The notes under the pieces are model-generated. The model searched no databases and was not told where the DNA came from. It was given only the letters and a program-made list of their open reading frames with translations. From a virus, in the IMG/VR virus record IMGVR_UViG_3300009129_001089: DNA of 64,000 bases; one strand, written 5' to 3'. Below, one piece after another: positions 46,696 to 55,482 of this stretch. Position 1 is the stretch's first letter. Each line of letters opens with the position of its first letter. The position numbers were made by a program, and so were the translations under genes.

Positions 46696-47277
46696 TTAGT
46701 TTAAAAGAGTTGTTACTAAAGATATTCTAGGTGTCTCACCACCATTGGTGACTGTATGATACTTAGTATCATCATGTATCCATGCTTGTCCATCAGCAGG
46801 AATATGTATTACTTCATCTTCTATAATGTGCCTACATCCCGCATTTGATGTAATAGGAATGTGTATACGTTTTTCAGGATCTCTGTGCCAACTAATTGTT
46901 GACCTAGGTGGAAGCAACATTAATCGCATTCTACCTGTTTTATATTTTTCTGTTAATGTGTTATATACTTCGGCAAAATATGTATGTTTAAAATGTTCAT
47001 TAAATTCTGTATATGCATCTTCTTTAATTGGCTCACATCGTTCTACTTCTTCATAAGTATCATCAGGGCGTGTCCAGTAATATCCTCGAACTTTTTGGCC
47101 TTCCCAAGGATCGCCATTCTTTTTATGATTTAATGCTAACGTATATGTTTCGTTAAAGTCTTTACCAATTAATGCTTTAGCAAGATTCCTAACTGTATGA
47201 GTTGCTTTTCGTAATTCTGCAATATTAAATGCTAAAGGGAGTTTTATAAATAATTCGTTATATGTTACAATATTCAT
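46696..47277 (-). CDS. Aspartyl/asparaginyl beta-hydroxylase-like cupin
   Basis: RMRLM, WHRD, RIHIPI, HTVTNGG..R. Confidence 0.8.
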   Translation of the reverse strand: MNIVTYNELFIKLPLAFNIAELRKATHTVRNLAKALIGKDFNETYTLALNHKKNGDPWEGQKVRGYYWTRPDDTYEEVERCEPIKEDAYTEFNEHFKHTYFAEVYNTLTEKYKTGRMRLMLLPPRSTISWHRDPEKRIHIPITSNAGCRHIIEDEVIHIPADGQAWIHDDTKYHTVTNGGETPRISLVTTLLN

Positions 47278-47278
47278 A

Positions 47279-47626
47279 TTACCAACTAACTACCCACTTG
47301 AATGTGGTATTTGAGGCAGTATTTATTTGTCGATGGATACTGTATCCTAAATCAACAAAATACTTAATTACTTGTGCCATTTGATCTGTTTTTGTTGCAT
47401 CAGTAGTACCACCTTGCCAAACAGAATGATAACTTTCAGCAAGAACTTGTGCCGCATCACCGCTATTAGATTCTGTCATTGTAGTACCGTCATCAATAGT
47501 TGCTGTAAGTAAATTAGATTCTACTGCTGTTAAAATTGCCGCTTCGATGCTTGCTGTTTCTGTATTAATAACAGAATCTTTTCTTGCTTTATCTCTTGCT
47601 TGTTTTGCACTAATAAAATAAGCCAT
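47279..47626 (-). CDS. Hypothetical protein, putative virion
   Basis: ORF track; ends F..LGYSI..TFKWVVSW. Confidence 0.65.
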   Translation of the reverse strand: MAYFISAKQARDKARKDSVINTETASIEAAILTAVESNLLTATIDDGTTMTESNSGDAAQVLAESYHSVWQGGTTDATKTDQMAQVIKYFVDLGYSIHRQINTASNTTFKWVVSW

Positions 47627-47627
47627 T

Positions 47628-47966
47628 CTATATTCCTATTTCCTTATTTGCTTGTTTAACTGCTGTTTTATGTATTTTATTTACATCTGCTTCGCTTTTT
47701 TCAGGATTAGTAAATGCATCTGCATCAGTAATTGCAAGTTCAATTACATCATTACTGATATTTTTAATAAGTTGTTCTCCATTTAATAATTCGTATAAAC
47801 CACTCATTGTCATAGAATACCCCATTGCTTTAAGATCTTGCAATAAATTAATTGGAGATATCTGTGTAATACCTTCGGCTGCCGCCGAGGTTAATAATGT
47901 AAGTACTTCGTGTTTCATAGATTCGGGGTCAAATCTATTTTCCTGAATTATTTCGTTAGCTCGCAC
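47628..47966 (-). CDS. Hypothetical protein, putative head-associated
   Basis: MRANEIIQE N-terminus; GTG start overlaps the upstream TAG. Confidence 0.65.
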   Translation of the reverse strand: MRANEIIQENRFDPESMKHEVLTLLTSAAAEGITQISPINLLQDLKAMGYSMTMSGLYELLNGEQLIKNISNDVIELAITDADAFTNPEKSEADVNKIHKTAVKQANKEIGI

Positions 47967-48388
47967 TATTTTACCTTCATTCCACTTCCTGCTATGGCTT
48001 TAGGGTTAGGTCTATTTAAATCTGCTACAAATTCATCTGTACCACTACTAGCGGCAGATCCAAACTTTTGAAGGTCAGCAAAAAAGTCTTCATTACCATA
48101 TTTATTGTCAGGACCCATTTGTGTTATGTTCCAATCAGTATTACCTAATTTTTTAGAAAATTCATCTGCACCTTTATTTAATGCACGACCTGTTTTATAT
48201 GCACCTTTAGCAAAAGGTTGACCTACATGCTTTTGATATGCATCATATCCTTGGCTAGCCTGTTGTATGGCCGAGTCTCTGACTTGGCTTAAAAAATTTG
48301 TGACCGATGGTCCATATTTATTATATAGACCTTTTAGATCGGCAACTAATTCGTCATTACCATATTTGTCGGCTTCAGTTATTTTGAA
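47966..48388 (-). CDS. Start-less 140-codon reading frame; putative -1 frameshift extension of the upstream gene
   Basis: FKITEADKYGNDELVADL...GMKVK* opens at the A10 run 48389-48398; no ATG/GTG/TTG near its start; fills a 412-nt gap. Confidence 0.7.
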   Translation of the reverse strand, partial: FKITEADKYGNDELVADLKGLYNKYGPSVTNFLSQVRDSAIQQASQGYDAYQKHVGQPFAKGAYKTGRALNKGADEFSKKLGNTDWNITQMGPDNKYGNEDFFADLQKFGSAASSGTDEFVADLNRPNPKAIAGSGMKVK

Positions 48389-49434
48389 TTTTTTTTTTGA
48401 GCTAAAATTTGGGCGGCTTCTTTAATAGATACTTTTGTTAACTTGCCATTTTTTGCATGTTGAAGTAATAATTTTTTAGCCTGTTGCACCGATTCTTTAG
48501 GAATACGTCCTAATGGTTCACCTTCTACACCTGCGGCGGCTTCTTCACCGGCAAATTCGTCTTCAGTTGGTACAGCCATTTCATCACCTGGCATTGGTTC
48601 GCCCATATCGCCTGCAGGTGGCATTTCGCCTCCCATCATGTCATTCATAGGAGCTCCTTCACCTGTAAGAACTAGAACTGCTTGATCCATTTGTTCGCGA
48701 GTTGCTTTGATTGTTTCTAACGCCGCGGCTAGTGTTGCATCTGCTGATGCACTAAATGCATTTGCTTGCTCTGTACCAAATGATTCACGCATAGCATCTG
48801 TAAGTGGCATTAAATCTTCTACTTGCATAGATGCTAAATCTTCGGCCATTTTTTGCAATCTGTCTACCATATCTTTAGCGGCAAGAACTAATTCTGCTTG
48901 ATCTAAATCTTGTTCCATTAATGTACGAAGATTTGCTAGTGTTACTGAACGTGGATTTACTGAATCTTTTAGCGGTTTATTCAAATGTGGCTCTTTCGGC
49001 TTCCGATTCTTTTGTTTTTTCTTCAGCCACCGATCATGTTCATTCTTTCTCGCTTCTACATCACCCTTTGTCAGGTGGCGATGAGGTTCTTTGGCGTCGT
49101 GTTCTTGTACTTTTTTTTCTTGTGTTTCTTTGGCCATTTTGGATTCCTTAACTTTTGCTTTGATCTTTCGTTGTGTCGGGGAAACTTCTTTTAACATAAT
49201 TGCCAATGCTTCTGCAACCATAATAGTTTTTGCATAATCAGGATGCTGATGGAAATCTTTAACATTAGATTCATTAACAATCTCCGATTGTTTGTCTCTA
49301 ACTTTTTGCAATATATTTCTTATTGCTTCGTGTGTTACATCCTCTTTTTTAATAGAAAATCCAAATGTTTCTTGTAGATAATTATTAATTTTATCTAATT
49401 TGGTTTTACCATGGTCAAAGTCTGAAATATTCAT
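48379..49434 (-). CDS. Putative prohead core/scaffold-like protein
   Basis: Helical; acidic G/P/E/M-rich linker; several xxE-S/A sites; GATAAATA upstream. Confidence 0.6.
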   Translation of the reverse strand: MNISDFDHGKTKLDKINNYLQETFGFSIKKEDVTHEAIRNILQKVRDKQSEIVNESNVKDFHQHPDYAKTIMVAEALAIMLKEVSPTQRKIKAKVKESKMAKETQEKKVQEHDAKEPHRHLTKGDVEARKNEHDRWLKKKQKNRKPKEPHLNKPLKDSVNPRSVTLANLRTLMEQDLDQAELVLAAKDMVDRLQKMAEDLASMQVEDLMPLTDAMRESFGTEQANAFSASADATLAAALETIKATREQMDQAVLVLTGEGAPMNDMMGGEMPPAGDMGEPMPGDEMAVPTEDEFAGEEAAAGVEGEPLGRIPKESVQQAKKLLLQHAKNGKLTKVSIKEAAQILAQKKNSK

Positions 49435-49465
49435 AATTAAATCCCCGTTACTCAATTTATATTAT

Positions 49466-49663
49466 TTATCGAAAACTTGGATAAAGACGACCATTAATCC
49501 TATCAACAACCCCTTTAGTAATAAGATTTTTTGCTACCATCTTTTCTCGTTCTGACAAGTCTTCCTTTGTGCAACCTTGTTTACCACATATTTTGTCATA
49601 AACAGATGCTTCTTTATTTGAAATCATTACAGGACATGGCCCTGCCACCTCTACCACTTTCAT
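49466..49663 (-). CDS. Small winged-helix-like hypothetical protein
   Basis: LSERE..VA.NL..KGV. Confidence 0.6.
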   Translation of the reverse strand: MKVVEVAGPCPVMISNKEASVYDKICGKQGCTKEDLSEREKMVAKNLITKGVVDRINGRLYPSFR

Positions 49664-50118
49664 GCTATGTTCCTTATTGCTGAGCCCTTTGCAGATTTGG
49701 GTAACTGCCTAACAGCCCGCATTGCACCTGACTTTTTAACATCTCCTGAATAAACTTCATTACCATTTGGATCTGTCATAGATATATTAATTCCTCCTGC
49801 AGGTTCGCCTGTTTGTTGTTCTTCTTCAGCATCAGCAGTTTGACCTTTTACTGTTGGCCTAGTAGGTTTTACAGTAGATTTTGATTGATTAACTGCGGCT
49901 GTTCCTGTACCTGAAGGACCTGTAAGTTCTGCAAGATAAGGTTTAACAATTTCGCTTGCTTCCCACATATTATTTGCTTTAAGTTCTTGAACAAGACTTA
50001 ATATTTCACTAAGCCTCATTTGTCCTGCCATTGCTTGTGCTTGTTCAGGTGGTATCTGTAATAAATCAGCAATTATTTCTGCTGTAGTGCTTTCATTTAA
50101 TGCTAATAATGCTTTCAT
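49660..50118 (-). CDS. Hypothetical protein
   Basis: ORF track; operon tiling. Confidence 0.6.
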   Translation of the reverse strand: MKALLALNESTTAEIIADLLQIPPEQAQAMAGQMRLSEILSLVQELKANNMWEASEIVKPYLAELTGPSGTGTAAVNQSKSTVKPTRPTVKGQTADAEEEQQTGEPAGGINISMTDPNGNEVYSGDVKKSGAMRAVRQLPKSAKGSAIRNIA

Positions 50119-50396
50119 TGTTTATTTAACGCCCTTACCCGTTTACTTGCAGGATTAAATCGTTTAGTTTTCTTTGCTTTTCGTGCCATTTTCGAACCTA
50201 ATCTTGCTTTTGTTTTTTTAAGTTGGAATCGTTTTTTCATATCAATTGGAGCGGAACATTGCATTGGAGTTGCAACAACTCTGCCCTTTCGTTTACCAAA
50301 AGAACATCTATATTTTCGTGTAATATTGTTTTTGCCTTTTTTCGCCCAAACAATTTTTGTTTCAATAAGAGGCTCTGCTACTTCGATAATATGCAT
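50115..50396 (-). CDS. Highly basic hypothetical protein
   Basis: K/R-rich; YRC..G.RKGRVV...C; MHIIEV N-terminus. Confidence 0.7.
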   Translation of the reverse strand: MHIIEVAEPLIETKIVWAKKGKNNITRKYRCSFGKRKGRVVATPMQCSAPIDMKKRFQLKKTKARLGSKMARKAKKTKRFNPASKRVRALNKQ

Positions 50397-50427
50397 TTAT
50401 TAATTCCTGTTATTGTATTTATTGTTA

Positions 50428-50742
50428 TTAGGGAAGAAGTGTAAAGATGCCTGTAACTAATGTACCTATAATTACAACTGCACCGGATAAAATTAATTTC
50501 ATTAAATTTGATATACGAGATTCCAAGGCACTTTGCCTTGTTTCAATAGCTTGAAATCTATCTGTATGATGATTTGTTGCAAATTCTTTGATAACATTTA
50601 TAGATTGCTCCATCTTATCAAATCGTACATAACTACGTTCTATACGTCTAACAACTTCATCTAATTTATCTTCTAAGCGAGTGTATCTCTCACCACAAAG
50701 TTCTACATGAGCTTCTAAACTCGCTTTTTCTATATCAGACAT
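50428..50742 (-). CDS. Coiled-coil protein with a C-terminal TM anchor
   Basis: LEAHVELC.ERY; C-terminal hydrophobic helix. Confidence 0.7.
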   Translation of the reverse strand: MSDIEKASLEAHVELCGERYTRLEDKLDEVVRRIERSYVRFDKMEQSINVIKEFATNHHTDRFQAIETRQSALESRISNLMKLILSGAVVIIGTLVTGIFTLLP

Positions 50743-50821
50743 TTATTTTCCAAATCACTTTTACTAGTGCTTTTACACTAATTACACGATATAGTAATAT
50801 CGATTTGGAGCCAGTATTCGC

Positions 50822-51340
50822 CTAAAGTATTTCAGCCATTTCGATGATTGTGTTTCTATTGACATTATCATCAACATTAGTATTTATTATATTTCCGACA
50901 ATATTGCTTGTTGAGTCGGTTAAATTGGACGATCCTTCTATAGGCATACCGAATAATTCAGTTTGTAATAATGTAATATTCCATGCACCTGGGTTTTCTG
51001 AAGCAAATTTTACGGTCCAAAGTTCTTTTGTACCAGTATACGCAGAGCCTAAATTTACACTATGAGCATTATTAAAAGATGAAACAGTAACTGATTGTGA
51101 ATTAACGGATATCATTACTGGTTGGCATCTAAAACCAATAGACTGAATTAAAATATTTAAATTTTGAGCTTGATGATATGATTTAGATTCTACATTTGTT
51201 AAATCTAATTTAGTGCCATCGCCTTTATAGGGCGATGCATTAGCACCCATATCTGAATCTGAAAAATCTATTAAACTGAATATTGAAAAGAATTCAATAT
51301 TTGCGCCGATAAACTCTCCGGCGTCATGAAATGTTGCCAT
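50822..51340 (-). CDS. Hypothetical protein, putative virion
   Basis: CTAAATA upstream. Confidence 0.65.
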   Translation of the reverse strand: MATFHDAGEFIGANIEFFSIFSLIDFSDSDMGANASPYKGDGTKLDLTNVESKSYHQAQNLNILIQSIGFRCQPVMISVNSQSVTVSSFNNAHSVNLGSAYTGTKELWTVKFASENPGAWNITLLQTELFGMPIEGSSNLTDSTSNIVGNIINTNVDDNVNRNTIIEMAEIL

Positions 51341-51368
51341 GTAACCTTTATTCGTATTTAGCGGTCAT

Positions 51369-51397
51369 AAAAAAAGGCGCCTAAAAATAGACGCCTT
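51369..51397 (-). terminator. Rho-independent terminator
   Basis: AAGGCGTCTA-TTT-TTAGGCGCC hairpin followed by T7. Confidence 0.8.
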
Positions 51398-51411
51398 AAT
51401 TCTATATGCTA

Positions 51412-51747
51412 TTACTCAAATGTTAAATATTTGGTAATTACACAATCTGCACTTGCACCAGTGTCACCATCATCAATGGTTCCAGCGGTTGTTGTTGCGC
51501 CTGCACCTAATGGCCAGGTTGATAAATCAATACCACCTTCACATAAAACATATGCGACATCACTTGCTGGGGTTTCCCATGCTAATACTGTAGTCCGCTG
51601 TCCAATGTAGGAAAGGATCTTCTGAAAGTTTGAATCAGAATCTGTATGTGATGTATGAATTCCGGTTGATGCTAATTTGTACACAAACATAGGTGCGCCA
51701 TATGTAGCATTCGTAGGTACACTTCTTGCGTTGTCGTCTAAAGCCAT
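51412..51747 (-). CDS. Hypothetical protein, putative highly expressed virion protein
   Basis: Own GATAAATA, strong AAGGAG RBS and own terminator. Confidence 0.7.
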   Translation of the reverse strand: MALDDNARSVPTNATYGAPMFVYKLASTGIHTSHTDSDSNFQKILSYIGQRTTVLAWETPASDVAYVLCEGGIDLSTWPLGAGATTTAGTIDDGDTGASADCVITKYLTFE

Positions 51748-51791
51748 AATTAATCTCCTTAATAACTTTACTCTTTATTTTATTTATCAGA

Positions 51792-52379
51792 TTATGAGTA
51801 TTTTCGTTGAATTTCGGTTATATCATCATATACTTCTATGTATCTTGCTTTTGTTCGTACAAATGATAATATTTGTGTTAATGTTTGATATTTACGTTGT
51901 TGCCCCATTACATGCCAATCTTGAACGTATCTTCTAGCAGATCTCAAAACACTATTGTTTACCCGTAAAGTATTTTGTGCATTTAATAAAAATCGTTGAA
52001 CAAATTCTCTTTCTACATTTGTATTGACCAGGCGATCAAGAAACATAAGCAATAGAGGTTTATTGATCGAGCCTAAATTAGCGTTGATAAGCAAATACAG
52101 ATCTGTACCACCTATATAAAATGTGTCAAAGTCTCGATATGATTTTGTTCGTTTTGCGTAATGTACTGCCTTTTTGTGTGTTTCTGGTTCGTTATAAAAT
52201 ATGTATAATAATAGTAGATATAAAAAAGTTAAATCTTTAAGACCTTGCTTGCCTAAATTGTTTAATACTTGGGGTTGCCTAAATAATCGACTTTCAGTTA
52301 AAGTATTAATAATTTGAAAGCCACTTTGTTTTTCTTCTGCTAGAAGATCTAATTCATTCTGTATCGTTGTTAATGTCAT
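51792..52379 (-). CDS. Hypothetical protein
   Basis: LTESRLFR, Y..F..F...GTDLY. Confidence 0.7.
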   Translation of the reverse strand: MTLTTIQNELDLLAEEKQSGFQIINTLTESRLFRQPQVLNNLGKQGLKDLTFLYLLLLYIFYNEPETHKKAVHYAKRTKSYRDFDTFYIGGTDLYLLINANLGSINKPLLLMFLDRLVNTNVEREFVQRFLLNAQNTLRVNNSVLRSARRYVQDWHVMGQQRKYQTLTQILSFVRTKARYIEVYDDITEIQRKYS

Positions 52380-52554
52380 CGCACAATGCGCCTTTTATTC
52401 GCTTTGTAATATTAGAAACTTTAAATTTATGATTAAAATCTGGCTTAGAATGAAATGCTTTTCCTTTACGCCGTTTAAATCGTTTATTAATATCTTTTTT
52501 TGCCTTTATTCGCGGACTTATATCATTTAAAATATCTTTAATTTTCATTTTCAT
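52354..52554 (-). CDS. Small basic protein
   Basis: MKIKDIL; K/R-rich. Confidence 0.55.
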   Translation of the reverse strand: MKMKIKDILNDISPRIKAKKDINKRFKRRKGKAFHSKPDFNHKFKVSNITKRIKGALCDDINNDTE

Positions 52555-52795
52555 CCTGCTCTTTTACTTTACGCATACCTCTAGTAAATTTGCGTACATC
52601 TTCGGTTCGTATTGCATTAATTAATCTTTTATTTAAATCGGCCGCTTGATCTTGCGAATATGATTCTTGTATCAAATGTATTAAATTAATAACACTTGCA
52701 ATAATATGTTCTGCTCTAGATTCAACTAATAATGAATTATCACGTTTAGTTGCAATAGAACTAATCTCTTCAAATAAACTCTTTGTGGATGTCAT
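52538..52795 (-). CDS. Hypothetical phage protein
   Basis: ESRA.HII.S.INL..RL.NAI..KF.RG; GAGG RBS. Confidence 0.7.
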   Translation of the reverse strand: MTSTKSLFEEISSIATKRDNSLLVESRAEHIIASVINLIHLIQESYSQDQAADLNKRLINAIRTEDVRKFTRGMRKVKEQDENEN

Positions 52796-52818
52796 TTACA
52801 ATCCTCTTAAAACTATAT

Positions 52819-52836
52819 AATATTTAGCTAAATATT
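52819..52836. promoter_or_regulatory. Perfect 18-bp palindrome carrying back-to-back CTAAATA late-promoter-like motifs
   Basis: AATATTTAGCTAAATATT between divergent genes. Confidence 0.65.
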
Positions 52837-52839
52837 GTT

Positions 52840-53121
52840 ATGAAAGCTCTCGATTTAAATGAACTAAGTCCATACCAAGCAGGGTGGCAAGCACCACCTG
52901 ATCAAGAAGCAATGGCACAAGCCGAAGAACCTGCTGATCCGTCTGGTGTAATTGGTGCTATACAAGGCTTAGATCCGTCAGCATTACATCCTGATCCCCA
53001 AATGGGTCCTCAACTAAAAGACAATGCTACTGCCGCTATTAATTTAATGGCAAGTGGTAGAGATGTACATCCTACTCAGGGTCAAGCACTCCTGAAAGCT
53101 CTTCAGCTATTAATTTCTTAA
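52840..53121 (+). CDS. Hypothetical protein (plus strand)
   Basis: Occupies an otherwise empty gap; MKALDLNEL; 3' end overlaps the GT9 gene by 50 nt. Confidence 0.7.
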   Translation: MKALDLNELSPYQAGWQAPPDQEAMAQAEEPADPSGVIGAIQGLDPSALHPDPQMGPQLKDNATAAINLMASGRDVHPTQGQALLKALQLLIS

Positions 53122-54094
53122 TATTTCGTTTTAAATTATCATACTCTACTGGTACTCCATCTTTAATACAACATTCTTTATGCCATTCTGATGGTTCTGA
53201 TTGTATCCTACATGGAGCACATGGAGGTGCATACCAAAGATTATAGTTATTTTTGTATCCAAATACTTGTGGAGAAGTACAACCAAATATAACTATACCC
53301 TTTTTGTTATATCCTGCACTTGCATGTCCTAAAAAACTATCAGGAATAATATGAAATTTTGACCATTTTAATAATGAAATTGCCTGTCTAATTGTTGTTT
53401 TGTCCATAAAAGATACATAATTATCCCATTCTCCTAAATCCATTCCATCACCATTATTACCTTTTGTTGTACCGATACCTATAAATGTTAGTTCAGGAAA
53501 ATCTTTAAAAAGTCTAGGATAAATTTCTATTGGAATTTGCTTACCTTGGTTATTTGGCCAAGGATCTCGTAATACTGTTGGTTGAATAATTACAGGATTT
53601 TTAATAAGTTCTAATTTATTATACGCCCATACATTTTCATCATTTGTTAAATGGATATTTATATCATGATAATTGCAATCAGAGACTCCCATTAACTCGG
53701 CGGCTAAATCTATTCTATGCATTGGTGTTGCATAAAACATTTCTTGATCATACGGAAAAGGATTATAAACAACAACCTTTTTGTATACTCGCAACTCCTT
53801 TAAATGTGTTGTCCAATAATTCCATGTATAGACATTATTAATATAAGGATTATGTTGTATTATTTCTTCTGTCCATTCGCCAATATCTGAATTATCGGCA
53901 TTTCGTAGTGCTATATCTACTATGTGCAATTCAGATAATTTACGTAATATAGGCAAACACATTAATACATCACCTATACCACCAAATATTTTAAGTAATA
54001 TTCGATTTGCTTCAGAATTTGCAGTATTCAATTGATCACATTCTACATTTGTTGTAAAATAATTAGCATGTTTTAATTGTTCTTCTTGTTTCAT
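53072..54094 (-). CDS. Glycosyltransferase family 9-like
   Basis: GGIGDVLM.LP, NPYI, PDSFLGHAS, IFG.T, CAPC. Confidence 0.8.
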   Translation of the reverse strand: MKQEEQLKHANYFTTNVECDQLNTANSEANRILLKIFGGIGDVLMCLPILRKLSELHIVDIALRNADNSDIGEWTEEIIQHNPYINNVYTWNYWTTHLKELRVYKKVVVYNPFPYDQEMFYATPMHRIDLAAELMGVSDCNYHDINIHLTNDENVWAYNKLELIKNPVIIQPTVLRDPWPNNQGKQIPIEIYPRLFKDFPELTFIGIGTTKGNNGDGMDLGEWDNYVSFMDKTTIRQAISLLKWSKFHIIPDSFLGHASAGYNKKGIVIFGCTSPQVFGYKNNYNLWYAPPCAPCRIQSEPSEWHKECCIKDGVPVEYDNLKRNIKKLIAEELSGVLDPE

Positions 54095-55482
54095 TCCATG
54101 CCTTTTAACATATTTCTTAGTCTATCACTATGATCTACAGTATCTTCGACTACCTGATTTTCTGTTAATCCAGATTTAACTTTTGAAAGAGTTGATTTCT
54201 TTTTAAGTGTAGCATATATATCTTCTGTTGGGCTTACTTCTTCTCCTTCAGGTAAATCTGATATTCGTAATGTACTACCATCAAATTCTAAATCTATTTT
54301 TTGTCCTACACCACTACTAGATCTAGTTTTCATAAATTGTATTTGTATTCGTCCACGCTCTCGCATTGCTCGAGAACTGAATATACCAATAACATTATCT
54401 GCTGTTTGTATCTTACTAAGTCCACCTGCAATATGCGAATGATCAAATTCTATTTCATCTACTGCTCCTCTGTTTAATTGAGATGCGGTTGCAAATAATA
54501 AATCTAATTCTACTGCTAAATTTCTAAGTTCCTCACTAACAAACTTATCTTTAATAAACAAATCACTCGGAGGTACTTTCTTTTGTGCAGGCATCATTAA
54601 ATCTAAATAATCTATTACTATAGCATCAGGTCGTATACCAGTTTGTACTGTATATTCTTTTAAATATGCTCGTATATCGTTCACTGTACATCCACTTACT
54701 AATTGTACTATTTGAATTGCTCCTGCTTTTTTCTTTTGCATTTTAACACGTAAATCTACATCATCTAAATTTTTATATAATTCCTTTGTAGAATAACCAG
54801 TGTTCATTGCATCCATTCGCATAGCAGTCAAATTTTCACTTAGTTCCAAACTAACATACACAACATTTAATTTCATTAACGACCAATTAACTGCAAGATT
54901 TTGTAAGAATATACTTTTACCTGCGCCACTACCTCCTGCAAATATATTAAGTTCGCCCTTATTAAATCCGCCAAATAATTTAGCATCCATTGATTCCCAA
55001 CCAGTACTTGTTCCGCCATTTAATGTTTTTAAATTACGCAATCTATCGCCAGGATCAACATAATAATCTGTACCTAAATTTTTTGCTAAACTAACTTGGA
55101 CAGCATCTTTAATTATTTTTTCTACTGCTCCAAATTGATTTTCTTCCAATAAATCCGTTGAACCAAGAATTGCATTTGCTAATGCTTTATGTTTACAAAA
55201 TTGTTCAAAATCATCTAAAAACCAATCTTGATGTCGTTCGTCGACATCTTTAACTAATGTAAATTCTATTCCTGCTTCTGCTTTAATTTGTTCTGGTGTA
55301 GGTAATGCAGAATACCCCGACACATGTTCTTGTATAAATTTTACACTTTTTCTAAATTTTCTATCAAAGTATTCTGCATCTAAAATTGCTTGGCATCTAG
55401 CATACAATTCAGAATCTGATAATAAAAACTCTACATAAAGTTTTTGCATATCTTCTGTATATTCTTTTACTTCTTCAGCCAT
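54091..55482 (-). CDS. Replicative DnaB/gp41-like helicase
   Basis: GGSGAGKS, SLE, IDYLDLM, TASQLNR, KTRSS. Confidence 0.92.
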   Translation of the reverse strand: MAEEVKEYTEDMQKLYVEFLLSDSELYARCQAILDAEYFDRKFRKSVKFIQEHVSGYSALPTPEQIKAEAGIEFTLVKDVDERHQDWFLDDFEQFCKHKALANAILGSTDLLEENQFGAVEKIIKDAVQVSLAKNLGTDYYVDPGDRLRNLKTLNGGTSTGWESMDAKLFGGFNKGELNIFAGGSGAGKSIFLQNLAVNWSLMKLNVVYVSLELSENLTAMRMDAMNTGYSTKELYKNLDDVDLRVKMQKKKAGAIQIVQLVSGCTVNDIRAYLKEYTVQTGIRPDAIVIDYLDLMMPAQKKVPPSDLFIKDKFVSEELRNLAVELDLLFATASQLNRGAVDEIEFDHSHIAGGLSKIQTADNVIGIFSSRAMRERGRIQIQFMKTRSSSGVGQKIDLEFDGSTLRISDLPEGEEVSPTEDIYATLKKKSTLSKVKSGLTENQVVEDTVDHSDRLRNMLKGME

